This document shows positions 24,683 to 38,202 of a DNA stretch of 64,000 nt, piece by piece. A program made the position numbers and the translations under genes. This stretch comes from Felis catus (Eukaryota). The notes below the pieces were generated by a model. The model was not told the origin of the DNA and ran no database searches. It saw nothing but the letters and a program-made list of their open reading frames with translations. Position 1 is the first letter of the stretch. Every line of letters starts with the position of its first letter. The stretch spans positions 28,584,001 through 28,648,000 of the forward strand of contig NC_058383.1 in assembly GCF_018350175.1 (NCBI RefSeq), written 5' to 3'.

Positions 24683-25035
24683 GCCTTTTCATCCGCGTGG
24701 GAGAAGCCGCATCTCGCCCTAAAGACGCGGGCGCCATCTCACAGAGGGAATGACATTTACGTTTGCGTTATTCAGAAAATCAGCCGGCCGCTGGGTGGAG
24801 CGTGACGGGTGCTGAGGAGGCCAGTGACGAGCCACCGCAGCTGATGAAGCAAAAGGTGACGGTGGTTACACTGGGGGCGTTGTGGTGTGGACAGACCCTA
24901 GGGAAACTCAGGAGGCAGAAGCTAAGGACGCGGCAGTCGGGTGGGTGTGTGGAGGAACGGCCGAGTCAAGGTCAAGTCCTGGGACAGTCGTTCTTGAGAT
25001 GGGAAACACCAGGGGACGCTGAGGCAGTTTAGGGT

Positions 25036-25233
25036 GGGCGTTGGCCAACTTTTTCGTAAAGGGCCAGAGTAAATATTTTAGGATTGGCCAGCCATGAGGT
25101 CTCTGTCATAACTACTCAACTCTGCTGTTGTAGCTAAAAGCAGCCAGCGACACCATAGACACAAATGCTCTTGACTATCTGCCAATAAAACTCGATTTAC
25201 AAAAACAAGTGATGGGACAGTTGACTGACCCCT
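25036..25233. mobile_element. MER58A-like hAT-Charlie MITE
   Basis: aactttttcgtaaagggccagagtaaatattttagg...caataaaact...gacccctg pattern. Confidence 0.7.
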
Positions 25234-25645
25234 GATCTAGGACACGGCACATTTGACGTGCCTACTCCGGTTCCAAATGGAGATCCTAGGAAGCAGTTGG
25301 GGGAAATGAGTCTGGGTACAGGGGGGAGAAAGGTCTAGGTGAAAGAGAGACTCCGGGAGCAGTCGGGGGCCATGGCCATCTAAGGCCAGGAGAAGGGAGG
25401 AGCAGAATGCTGAGAGCCGGGCTTGAGGTCAAGGGCGAGAGAAAGGAGACTGGAGAGAGGTCCTCCCGCATGGTGGAAGTTTCGCCTAGATGATGAGGGA
25501 GCGTGGGGCAAGCTGAGGGCAAAGTACAGGCTAAGAGCACCCCCAGCACCCCTTCCTCCTCCGCAGGTGGGACTTGTGTGATACTCCTCAGACACTCCCG
25601 GCTACCCAAGAACAAAGGCAAGGGTAGTTTAAGTGCTTGCCACGG

Positions 25646-26256
25646 CGATGTGGGAAACAGAGGCAAAGGAGAAATTAAATCCCCTTACTGCCTACAACCC
25701 ACTGACAAGTCCTCGAAACAGGCAGAGCCACCTCCCTCTAGAAGCTCAGCTGTCTCAGTGATGACACTTTGCTAGGGGCAAAAGGGAATCTTGGCTTAAC
25801 ATTATCCTGACTCCCCCCAGGATCCTGTAAGTCTACGTCAGCATAGAAAAAAATCCTTTGGAGACTTCCTTTATCTCAACCTCCCCCAAGATATATGCAG
25901 GCAACCATACTCCAAGCTTATGGCCCCCTGATAGATATCTGAGGGGTCTCATGACTGAGGTTTTACTAAAGGGTAATAAATGGCATTTCCTTAGCAACAG
26001 TTAGCCCCTCAGGGTCCTGGAAACCTTGCTTCCAAATACCTTAGAGACTTACTCTATCCCTAAGCCCCTGCCAACCTGAGGGTATTATACTGAGTTATAT
26101 GTCACTTCCCGTCACAACCCCACCACAGCTCTTTCTGCCCACGGGTCCTGTCCCTGTGCTTTAATAAAATCACCTTTTTGCACCAAAGACAGCTTCAAGA
26201 ATTCTTTCTTGGCCGTTGTCTCCGGACCACCCCACCATCACCCCAAAACTTCATCA
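25646..26256 (+). mobile_element. Carnivore ERV solo LTR
   Basis: (C/T)GATG...CATCA terminal inverted motifs, TATA-like at ~26084, AATAAA at 26163-26168; TSD not resolved. Confidence 0.65.
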
Positions 26257-26336
26257 TAGAGAATGGGACGTGTTGGCATTGTGCGTCATAACACCCCAGG
26301 GAGCTACCGTGAGGGCTGCGTGGATTGGATGTAAAT

Positions 26337-27048
26337 TGGGGGGTGCCAGAATACGCCACCCCCAGAAATGCCACTTTGGCGTATGGACTATTTTGAGCTA
26401 AAGGCCCTGGAGAACCAGCAAGTGCAGGGAAAGCTCTCCTTTCGTAAAGGAGACCACCATTTATAAAGGAAATTTCCATTTGTAAACTGTGTCTCCTCCT
26501 CCCATACCAGGAGGAGGGAGAGTCTGATCCATGGAGAAGGCAGATCTTAAATCTGCGTAACAAACCTTACTAAACAACCCTTGTTTACCATACTTTTCCT
26601 GGCCTTCTACCCACCCACAGGAAGCCCAAAACCCCTTTTCCTTTTAGCCCAGATAGGATGTAACATGTTCTAAGGACCTCTTTGGGTTGTTCATTGCTGG
26701 GTGCTCCCATGTGTACCTGTGCAATGCATGTGTTAATAAATTCCTGCTTGTTCTTCTCTCAGTCTCGTCTTTGACGAATCTCATTTATAGGGCCCCAACT
26801 GAAGAACCTAGGATGGATAAAGAAAAGGATTTTTCCATGGGGTGCCTGAGTGGCTCAGTCAGTTAAGCATCTGACTTTGGCTCAGGTCATGATCGCATAG
26901 TCCCTGGGTCCAAGCCCAGCGTTGGGCTCTGTGCTGACAGCTCAGGGCCTGTAGCCTGCTTCGGATTCTGTGTCTCTCTCTGCCCCTCCCCGCCTCTCAA
27001 AAATAAATAAACATTTAGAAAAAAGAAAAGGATTTTTCCTTCCCTTCA
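26337..27048 (+). mobile_element. MER34-like solo LTR interrupted by a Can-SINE (~26840-27024)
   Basis: cagaatacgccacccc...ccactttggcgtatggactattttgagct start; AATAAA; SINE flanked by TSD aaagaaaaggatttttcc; ends in ...ccttca. Confidence 0.65.
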
Positions 27049-27969
27049 TAGCTACGTGGTGACATCCCTGGTGCGAGGGGTCAGTGACAAGAGAGTGACA
27101 GAAACCAGATTGAAATAGGTTGAAGACCGGACTGGAGATGAGGAAATGGAAATAGCATAATGGCGGACAGTTCTCAAAACTAAGACCGTGAAGATGAGAG
27201 GACGGTGGTGGCTGCAGGGGAAGACGGGAGGGAGGGCTGGCTGGCTGGCTGGCTGGTTGGTAGGTTGGTAGGTGGGTAGGTAATGGGAGAGATGTGTTTA
27301 AATTCTGGTGAGAAAAGAAAGGACTCTGGAGGCAACAGGAGGAGGGCTGGGTTGAATGGGGATTCCGCCACCACCAACCCACAGGGCATCGCTCAAAGGA
27401 CTTGGGACCACTTCCTCATCTGTATGTGGACGTGATGAGAACATCTGCCTCTGGGGTTGATGTGAAGAGCCATAGAGAAAATGCACATGTAGCTCTCAGT
27501 AAATGCTTCTCTTGTGTTATCTTTCCTGCTCCAGATCCAGAACAAGTGAGTCTGGGTTTGCAAGATTTCCTGGCTTTGCAGGCAGCCTTGGTGATCCAGC
27601 AGCATCTTGAATTATTACTTTCTTCTGCCCTTGTGCGAAAGCCTGAATAAATGATGGGGTTTTTGTTTTGTTTTGTTTTGTTTTGTTTAAAACAAATCAA
27701 TAGAAATAGCAGGAGCATAAGTCAGGTGTACCCCGGGGCTCAGGGGGATGTACTAGAGGCAGGATTTTTATGAGGGTTTCGATCTTCTTCGGCTCATCGG
27801 ATCAGTGAGTGACTGCTCTCTAATTGGTCTGAGATCAGGCCTTCCAGACCGATGTTTTCTACAAAGAAGCGAGAGTAGTGGACCCTTTGCAGCGGTTTTT
27901 ATTGCAAGAGTGGGAAATACCTGTAGAGTGGCTTGAATCGCGACCCCCCACCCCTCCCCCCCCCCCAAT

Positions 27970-28356
27970 TCCTATCTCAGAATGTGACCTTTTTGAAAAT
28001 AGGGTCTTCGCAGAAGGAATTGAGCTAAGGATTGACACGAAAGCGTCCTGGGTTTAAGGTGGACCTTATAAGAAGAGGATGGGACACAGATACGCATGCA
28101 GAGGAGGAAGCCACGTAAAGACAGATGCAGAGACTGTAGTCGTGAAGCCAAGGAAGACAAAGGAGTGCCAGGAGCCCCCGGGAGCTGGCAGCCACGAGGA
28201 AGAATTCTTCCCCAGAGGCTCCAGAGGGATCATGGCTCTGCCCACACCTTGGTTTCAGACCTCTGGCCTCCAGAACTGTGACAGGGTCCATGTGTGTTGT
28301 TTTAAGCCACCCTGGTTGAGGTCACCATGTTATGGGAGCCCTGGGAAGCTCATACA
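27970..28356 (+). mobile_element. MLT1-type MaLR LTR
   Basis: cagaatgtgacctt...tttcagacctctggcctccagaactgtga...tgttttaagccac...taca. Confidence 0.75.
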
Positions 28357-28697
28357 GTCCGGCTTCATGCTTGATCTAAGGCAGTGAAGGAGGACACCGG
28401 GTCCCCTGAGGCCAGCGTGGTGGCAAAAGGGAGTGGCCTGAGGCAGGAACACATCTGAGATGGTGGGAGGCGCTGAGGGCATATTGCCCACTGGGCCGCG
28501 AAACCCAAGGCTACAGGGTCCTCGGTCAGAGAGACTTTGTGTCAACCGCAAAGCTGCTGTGACTTGAGAGACATTCAGATTAACTTTTGACTTACAAATA
28601 TTTTTGGAAAAGGTGATCTAGGAACTTTACTTTTATCTTAAGGAAAAATCAGAAATTCCGATGAAGCTCTCTCTGTCCCCCAGGATGTTTATCGTGA

Positions 28698-28761
28698 CTT
28701 TTTTTTTTTAAGAGAGAGAGAGTGGGTGGGGTGGGGGGGGGGGCCGGGAGAGGGGCAGCGG

Positions 28762-28812
<51 letters not shown>

Positions 28813-28929
28813 TCAAGCAGACTCCATGCTCAGTGCATAGCCCTGGGCAGGGCTTGATCCCACGACCCTGGGATCATGACGAGCCGAAATCAAGAGTCGG
28901 ACGCTCAGCCCACTGAGCCACCCAGGCGC
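28698..28929 (-). mobile_element. Can-SINE with (GA)n tract
   Basis: Diagnostic sequence. Confidence 0.88.
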
Positions 28930-29379
28930 TCTGTGACATCTTGATAAGACTTAAAAAGTAGAAGTAGCCTAAATGTCCCATAGGAAGGAAATGGTTAGAT
29001 AAAGTCATAGCCACAAGATGGATTACTAAGCAGCCATTGTGAATATTTATGAAGAGCGTTTAATGTTACAAACAGCTTTTAATGCCGTGGGAAAACGATA
29101 CTGATAATAATGCTAAATGAGAAAGGAAAACTGGTTATAAATGGTACAATATGATGCCAATCATGGGAACAAGACAAAACAAAAAAGCATAAAAAAAAAA
29201 AAAAAAAAAACCTGGAAGGAAATCTCCCAAATGAATGTCAGCGTGGTCTCTAGTTGGAAAATTTGTGGGAGATAAAAACAGAAAACAAACAACGTCCTTA
29301 TCCTTTCTCTACTTTTAAAATGGTTTACTGTGTCCTTGGGTTACTTCCACAATCAAGAAGAAAAGTAAAAACTTTAAAA

Positions 29380-30532
29380 ATGCTGTGTACGTGGTTTCCA
29401 TTTTTATTTTCTCCGATGGATGATTGCACATCAGCACATCTTGAGTTACGCTAACTACTTTAGGCCGGTCACGACACATACACACACGTACAGAGAGGTC
29501 ACACGGGCTGTGCCGAGCTGGCTGTAGCAAATGTACGTCAAGTTACACAGGTGGAAATATTAGGCTGGTTAAAACACACCACCGAATGATGGGACACAGT
29601 TGGGTCAGGCCACCTCTCCCACCCGCCGCTGCTGTTTCCAGAGGTCTGTGTGTTAGGCTGGTGAGTGGTGTCCTGCTGGCAGTCCCTCCGGTGGTCCCCG
29701 GTGGGTGGAGAGAGCCTGGGTCAGCATCTGCTCTGGGTCCCCTCCTCATCTGCCCTTGCCTGGTGTCGGAGCCTCTGGCCCTCTGCTACCTCTTTCGAGC
29801 ACTGGCTGTGCTCCAGCCTGGGCCCTCATCCCCACTGTGCTCCACACATCTGGGGCAGACATCGCAAGGGAAGGAAGAGCCAAGAGCCGGTGAACACACT
29901 CCCGATGTGAACCGTGCCAGACACAGGAAGGGAGGAAGCAGGAGACATAACCACAACACCACACACAAGCTCAATCTTTATGGATGGACCCTCTTGTCTC
30001 CAAGACGTGTGGACTGTGTGGAGCCCTCCAGAGCACAGCCCCTGGGAGAGGACAGATGGGGGACGGGAGCTGTGCCCATGTGGGGCAGGCCTGACAGCAG
30101 AGCTAGGAGGGTGGATGGGGGATGTGTCCAACATGGTGCTAGATTGTTGAAAAGTCACGACTATACACACCTGGGGATCATGCCCCTCTCCCAGTTCATT
30201 CGCACAGTGGGTTAGATATAGATAGATAGAAGTGGAGATATACTTTTTCAAGGGAGGGCCTTTCCTGGTGGTTGGATAAACAGTGAGACAGAGTCCTGGG
30301 TTTGGCATGCTCTGGGGAGGGCCATGCGACGGTGAGGGACTCCCTATTGCTACACTCTGTACAGGGCGGCCGGGCCCGCCCGCCACGCCCACGGCCCCTG
30401 GCGGCAGTCACAGGCTTGCCTTCAACCCCTTCCACCTTGGAGAGCTCTTGGGCCCCAGTGAAATGGGGGCTATGAAGACAAGAGGGTGGGAGGCGGGGTC
30501 CCCGCGGCCCCGGGGGCACCCCACACTGGGGG
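29380..30532 (-). other. BMERB1: BMERB1 3'UTR (end approximate)
   Basis: Lies between the TAG stop (30533-30535) and the polyA signal. Confidence 0.7.
29403..29408 (-). terminator. BMERB1 polyadenylation signal (AATAAA on - strand)
   Basis: tttatt on +; ~1.1 kb past the stop, with a U-rich downstream region on the - strand. Confidence 0.7.
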
Positions 30533-30808
<276 letters not shown>

Positions 30809-30959
30809 TTATATGGTTCCAGTGACTGTTCCCACCTCCCTGTGGGCCCAGTGGTCCTCAGCTTCCAACCACAGACTTTAGCTCTTATCCTATTCAGTTC
30901 TCTGCCAGGTCTAGCACAAGGTCTGGCATTCAAAGTATTTGGTGAACGGATACATGGGA

Positions 30960-31792
30960 ACTTTTGTCCAAGTTGTTTCAATCTGAGGGCTCCTGTCTTT
31001 CAATTTTGGAAAATGCTCATACGTCATCTTTTCAGATACCTCTACCTCTTGTCCGTTATCGCCCCTTTTGGAATGCCTATTAGAAATAAGTTGGACCTTA
31101 TTATTCTATCTTCCAGGTTTTGGAAGACATTTTCCATCTCTTTGTGTCTTTGTGTTACATGCTGGGTAATTTCCTCAGTTTTGTCTTCCAGTTTACGAAT
31201 TCTCCCTTCAGCTGTGTTTAACCCATTGGGTTTTTACTTCCATGACCCTAGATGGTTTTGTTTAAAAGCTGAATTTTTGTAAATCTACCTATTCTTTTTT
31301 CATGCAATCCTGCTATTTCATTTTGGGTTTTATCCCTTTTCTTATCTCTCATTATTTTAAATATACTTACTTTATTGTCTCTTTTAGATAGTTTGTTATT
31401 TCTGGTTCTTGGGAGGACATTATCTTGGTGACTCCACTCACAGTGGTTCATTTATTCATGGGTTTTAAATTTTTATTGAGAGCTCATCTTCACGGAGGTT
31501 GTTTTATCTATGGGTTACATATTATGGGATACAGAAGGGTCCCTACTGAACAGTATTCCATTTGCTTTGTTGGGATTAGAGGTTTCATTGTTGTTTTTTC
31601 TTTTTTTAAGTTTATTTATTTTGAGAGGAAGAACACAAGTCAGGGAGGGGCAGTCAGAGAGGGAGAGGGAGAATCCCAAGCAGGCTCCAGACGCCAGCTC
31701 AGAGACCAATGCAGGGCTCAAACTCACAAACTGCGAGATCATGACCTGAGCCAAAGTCAGATGCTTAACTGACTGAGCCACCCAAGTGCCCC
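30960..31792 (-). mobile_element. Old L1/HAL1-like fragment followed by a Can-SINE (-, 31595-31792)
   Basis: T-rich L1 ORF1-region-like sequence (low certainty); the SINE is diagnostic. Confidence 0.55.
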
Positions 31793-32801
31793 TTCACTGG
31801 CTTTATATTAGTTTCAAATTTTCAACTTTGGATCCCAGCACTAGATGAATAGTGTAAATTTGGACATTTGGCCCCTTGCATGGGGTGAAGGCTTGGTGTT
31901 TTGATTTCTTGCCAGATTTTTTGCTATCCAGCACCATGTATAGAAGGCAAGTTTCCTTGCTCCTTCTCCACACGGTTAGGTGGAGTTTTTCTAATTTGCC
32001 TTTCACGGAAGAGACAGTCCCCTGAGGATGCTGGACTCTGGTAGGGACTATGTGCCTTGGGATATTAAGAGCCTGCAGAATGGACCTTCTTCTTTCTTTA
32101 TTCCCTCGCAGTCCATGTGTGGGATGTTAATAGCTGGTCAGGAAAAACTGAGTTTGTGGCCATAGTAGATGGTGGCGGCCTTTGGGTTTTGTCTTCCTAG
32201 CAAGATTTCCAGTCCCTTCACCTCTGATAACAGTACATGTCCCTGTGGCTACAGGAGGGGGCATGCAATGCAGAGCGGGCCAATCACAGCATCCCAGCCT
32301 GATACCAGTGATGGCCTAGGAGGTAGGAACACGATCCAAGAAGGGCCAATCAGAATATTCCTCTGAGACTGATGTGTTTGGGTATGAGGAGAAAGAACAG
32401 ATGGTATTGCTTTGGTGCTGCTAAGTTCTGGTTCTGGAATTCGGGCCCCATGAAGAAGCCTGTGTAATAGGAGAAAATGCAGAGAGGGGCAGAGATAAGA
32501 AAAGGCAGGAAAGCGAGGGCATTCTAACAGCATCCAGCCCCTGAAGCCCCCTTTTTGCTAGGGCCAGTTTGAATAGGGCGTCTGTTTCTTATAACAGGTC
32601 ATTGACAGCAGGACCTGTTACCACTTTTATATGCTAATGGACACTGGCACCAGAGGGTCAGATAGGTAGCACTTCCCACACTGATTTCACACGGAACCCT
32701 TTTTGCTCTGAGTGTCAACAGAGGCCAGAGTTCCCTGAGCCTCAGCCCCCACCTTTTGGCCTCAGTGGCCACACAACTCCTTCTAAGAAACCCACCAAGC
32801 C

Positions 32802-33230
32802 GGGGGAGCCTGGGTGGCTCAGTCGGGTAAGTGTTGGACTTCGGCTCACATCATGATCTCACAGCTCGCGGGTTCGAGCCCCGCGTCGGGCTCTGTGCTG
32901 ACAGCTCAGAGCTGGAGCCCACTTAGGATTCTGTGTCTCCCTCTCTCTGCCTCTCCCCCGCTCAGACTGTCTCTCTTAAAAATATTAATAAACGTTAGGG
33001 GCGCCTGGGTGGCTCAGTTGGTTGGGCGTCCGACTCCGGCTCAGGTCATGATCTTGTGGTTTGTGAGTTTGAACCTGGCGTCGGGCTCTGTGCTGACAGC
33101 TCAGAGCCTGGAGCCTGCTTCGGATTCTGTGTCTGCCTCTCTCTCTGCCCCTCCCCCACTTGCACGCTGTCTCTCAAAAACAAATAAAATGTAAAAACAA
33201 ATAAAAATAAATAGACATTAAAAAAAAAAA
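32802..33230 (+). mobile_element. Two head-to-tail Can-SINEs (32802-32992; 32998-33230)
   Basis: Second copy sits at the A-rich tail of the first. Confidence 0.9.
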
Positions 33231-33525
33231 GAAAAGAAATCCATGAAGCCTGTGATTGGTAAGGGGACAGCTGCTACCATGACCAGCTGCACAGTTCGTG
33301 CAAAGTGACAATGCGGGGCCCCTTATTCCCAAACTATTAGGAATCTCAAGAGAGCAACAGCAGAACATGAAAGCGAGCACAGCGCCCCCTTCCAGGCATC
33401 GGGGCCTGAGCAACCTGACAGCAACCTTAACCATGAAGCTGGCCCTGCCCAATGCCATCCTGCACCCAAGGTTGCTCTCTAGATAGCATTTTGTTGTTCC
33501 CCCTCTGGCTCCCGGACCTCTTTTA

Positions 33526-33744
<219 letters not shown>

Positions 33745-34927
33745 TCAAGTGTGTGAGACCACGTGTCAGGCTTCGTGGCTGGTGTGGGTACGCTGTGTGT
33801 TGGGTGTGGCTGGGGCATATATGTTGCCCTGGGTTCTGTGTGGCGGGTGTGCATATGTTGTTGTGTGTTACGCGTATATGGCGTGCGCATGTTGTGTTTC
33901 ATGAACTTGCTCAGAAGCACAGACACTATCAACAATGGAGTAACTGTCTCCCTGGGGCCAAGGTGAGATCCCAGCGCAGAAGCAGGGACATTATAAGACT
34001 CAGCCTCTGCTGAGGGTGCTGTGAGCTGAGGAACACCCCCTCCTGACCCTGTACCTTTGAGTCACCCTAGACATCTGTGCTCCCATGAAGTTCATGGCCA
34101 GAGTCAGAAAGCAAGTCACCTGAACTCTTCCGAGGGTCACCAGGAACGAAGGCAGCGTTCCTCAGCTTGGCTGAGCCAGGCAAGGTGCAGTCCAGGCCTC
34201 GGAGGACCGAGGAGGACACAGACAATAAAGAAGTTGCCTTCTAGGTTGAAGGAGGCCCTGTGAGCCTCTCTCCTTGCAGAGGGCTCCAAAGGCCCTGCTC
34301 CAGGACAAAAATATTCGAGAATCAGCTTTCACATCTTTTCTATGTGGGCCTTGTCAGGGGACTGCAGGTGCACCAGGGCTCCAGCGCCCACAGATTTCCA
34401 GAAAAAGTGGCAGGTGCATCTGCAAATAGGAGACTGAGGGCTAGGAAGGGGGCACTGGAGCCACCAAGGGGAGGATAAAGAATGAAGCTGGGAAGTGGAG
34501 AGGGCAGGGAAGGAAGCAAGTCAGTACAGGGGGCGGGGTTTCTGCAGAAACCCGATGGAAGTTTCCGGAAGGTGCCTTTGATGAAAAGTTTGCCTTGGGA
34601 GAAAGGCCAGTGAAGAGAATGTGTAGGAAGCTCTGCCATGTGTTATGTGACGTAATTCTTGCCCGGTCACCTCCTTGAATAACACTGACTTAAGACCCAA
34701 AGGCCTTTGCAAGACTTTTTTGGAGCTGGATGCCAGTTTCCTTTGAACATGAAACAGGTCCTCAGGCCACAAGGCTGGCCGTTCATTTGGATCCAGTGTT
34801 TGGGAGCATTTGCTGAGGCCACACCTGTCAGGCCAGACTGGGAGACCCTGCAGCAGAAGGTGGGCCTAGGAGGAAGCCGAGCCTGCGTTCCAGCAGCCTG
34901 GTGCGCGGGGACAGGAGCCCACACTCA

Positions 34928-35134
<207 letters not shown>

Positions 35135-35553
35135 TCACTCGCTGAGGGAACTTGAAGAAGCAAGGGGACCTCCTCAAGCCTCAGTTTCCTCTCCTGTAAA
35201 AACACACGGAGGGGCTTAAATGCAGTGGTGTTAAGTAAATGGCTTAGCAGAGAGCCAGGCCCGTGGTGAGCACTCAGTCAAGGGTAACGGTGCAACGAGT
35301 CGGGTCCTGCGCAGGGCAAAGGGGTCGGAGGGCTCGGGCTGGGGTGCGGGAGGGAACTGCTCTACAGCCAGGGCAACCCAGTCTGCAGGTGGAAATCATC
35401 CACGCTAATGGCATTAGCCCTCTCCCAGATACCCAGGGCTAGAAGGCCAAAGAGAAATCCAAAGACCCCAGGGCTGGAGAGGATGACCAAGAAAAGTATA
35501 AAGGTAGCGCAGACCCCTTCAGAAGATAAAAAGGAGGGGGCAGCAGATCTACA

Positions 35554-35769
35554 GGCACCACTCACCTGCCTCTGGGCACCACCCACCTGTCTCTGGGCAC
35601 CACCCACCTGCCTGCAGGTACCACCCACCTGCCTCTGGGCACCACCCACCTGCCTGCAGGCACCACCCACCTGCCTGTGGGCACCACCCACCTGCCTGCG
35701 GGCACCACCCACCTGCCTGCAGGCACCACCCTGTCTCTGGGCACCACCCACCTGCCTGCGGGCACCACC
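35554..35769 (+). repeat. Minisatellite, ~10.4 copies of 21-bp GGCACCACCCACCTGCCT(GCA/CTG/GCG)
   Basis: Units counted by eye; unit 9 carries a 3-bp deletion; produces the repetitive ORFs on both strands. Confidence 0.95.
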
Positions 35770-36454
35770 ACTCAACTTGGTGATACGATCTTTGGCTTGC
35801 CAACGTCACCCACCTACTTGCCAATGGGAACTGCCAGCCTGCCAGGCTCACCCTGTGCTTCCTGGCACCACACACCTGATCCCTAACATCTCCATGTGCT
35901 TACCCACATGACTCTCTGACTCCCTTGTCATCCCCTCCAGCAACCTCCTTAGCCCAGGCTATCTCTTCCTGGACCACGTGTGCCCTCCTAACTGCTCTCC
36001 CTGGCCTGTCCCCCACAACATGACTGTGAGCACCCATTGGAGACTCAGACGATCCTGGCTTGACGCCCTAGCTCCCCCTCTTCCTAGCTGTGGGACTCTG
36101 GGCATGTTCCTCAACCTCTCTGAGCAGCTAGTCTCTCAACACAGATAATCCTGAAGTTGCTGCAAGTTTTTAAGAGAATTAAAACAAGTAAAATAGGCTC
36201 GCTGCCTGGTTTGTAGCAAAGGCTCATGAACAGCCGGCTACTCTTATTATAAGCTGTTCTTTTACATCCTCACTGTTGTTTTAATGACTAAATGCCCACT
36301 TCTTTAATATGAATTGAATCAGGTACAAAAGAAATAAATACCGATTTAAAGAAGGAAAAGCAGGTCTCACGGCATAAGTGTGCAAACGATAAGTGCTTCA
36401 TAAATTGCAGCTATTATGTTCGTATTCCCATGAGTTTGTCACGTTCGTTTAATC

Positions 36455-36643
36455 TGTCTCCCAGCCTGGGCGCTACTGATATTTGAGACTGGAGCATCCT
36501 TTGTTGCAAGGGCCGTCCTGTGCACTGGAGGGTGTTTAGCAGCGTCCTTGGCCTCCACCCACTAGATGCCGGGAGTACCCCACCCCGGATGTGACACTCA
36601 AAATGCCTCTAGGGGGCAAAGTCACCCTGCTTGAGAACCACTG
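36455..36643 (-). mobile_element. MER20-like hAT MITE
   Basis: tgtttagcagcgtccttggcctccacccactagatgcc...ttgagaaccactg. Confidence 0.7.
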
Positions 36644-37352
36644 CTTTAATCCTTTGTAACAACCCTACGAAGGAGATGCTATGTTTACGTCCGAGGGGAA
36701 AGTGCCACAGCCTCTCCAGCCAGGTCTACGCATCCCCAGCTCTGAGGTAGCAGTGATGGCAGAGATGAGACATCTTGGCTTGTCCCAGAGAGGCCCTCAA
36801 GGCAGGGAGGGCCCTGGAGGTCTCCCCAACCAGTCACCTGCACCCACCATGGGGAGCTGGTGAATGATGCGACTCTGGCTGGAGAAGTGTGAATTTCTTG
36901 GCCATTCAGTGATCTCCTTCCTTAATACCTTTAGTGATGTGTTGCTGGGAGCATTGTCTCCCCTCCTCCCCCCCCCCCCCCCCCCGCCTCCCCCCAGCTT
37001 AATCCAGCTAGAAACCTGGCTCTGGTCCAGGGAATACACAAAGACTCAACAAGGATTCAGGGAAGAGGTGAGGAGGAAATCAGGAGAAGAAAGAAAACTT
37101 TAACGTGTGAACTTCTGCCCAAAGACTCGATTTCCTGGGGAATCAACGGGACCAGCGTTAAGGACCTGGGCTCCGTTGCCAACTGGTCCTGTGACCTCGT
37201 CAACCTGTGTTTCTCAGCTGGACACTTGATGGCATTTCAGGTGAAATGTGCTCTTCATTGTGGGACTCCCCCTGCGCTGTAGGTTTGAACGTTCTTGGAC
37301 TCTGCCTACTATCAGTACTAATCTTGTCTTTATTTAAACTTTTGGTATTTTA

Positions 37353-37550
37353 GGGGGCGCCTGTGTGGCTCAGTCAGCTAAGCATCAGACTCCTGACTTT
37401 GGCTCAGGGCATGGTCTCCTGGATCGAGCCCAGCATCTGACTCTGCACTCACTGTGACCGCACAGTCGGCTTAGGATTCTTTCTCGCCGTCTCTCTGCCC
37501 CTCCCCTGCCTCTTCTCTCTCTCTCAAAATAAATAAACATTTAAAAAAAA
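37353..37550 (+). mobile_element. Can-SINE
   Basis: Diagnostic sequence; TSD aaacttttggtatttt. Confidence 0.88.
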
Positions 37551-38202
37551 CTTTTGGTATTTTGTTCATCGTGGATTGTGTGTGTGTGTATGTGTGTGTG
37601 AGTGTATTTCAGTATTTTAAATATTGCATTAATATATTATTTGCCCTGATTACTGAATTTTTGTGCTCCAGCTGTCCTCCTTATCCTAGTCTCATTCCTG
37701 GTTAGTTAGCAACCCCAGGGACTATGTGAAACAAAGACCTTGCTCCCACCCATTTCCACCTGTGTTCCAGAGGCTGCCACAGCCCCGACTGGAGCCTCTG
37801 TGGCCTGGAGTGGCTCTGGTTGGTCCCGTGCTCACACACTCATATCTCTTTTGCCTCAGTGGCCCCCACATGTTCTGCTGCACCAATGGTGGGCTCAGAA
37901 ATCTTTCTTCCCTCAACGAAGAAGGCAACCCATGTTCGACCCATCAGAGTTCTCCTGGGAGGCTGAAAATTAGGACACAGAGGTCCTGAGGGTTGGACTT
38001 TTGTGTTGGACGATCATGGGAAGGAGACAGGAGTGGCCTTGCTCAGCTCATGTGCTAGAGGGAGAAAATGGAGACTGTGTCCAACAAGGAAGGAGAGAGA
38101 GAGAGAATGAGACAGACAGAGACAGGGAGGGAGGGAACATTCTAACAGCTTTCCTGTTTCTGGTTCCAGACCCTTGTGAGGATGGGTGGAGCTTCATGCT
38201 GG

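Noticed and set aside
35554..35769. Regular repeat array resembling CRISPR
   Set aside because: Head-to-tail tandem units with no unique spacers, in mammalian intronic DNA.
35362..35911. Repetitive ORFs (WAPPTCL)n, (RQVGGA)n and (WVVPAGR)n
   Set aside because: Artefacts of the stop-free 21-bp minisatellite; no splice or start context.
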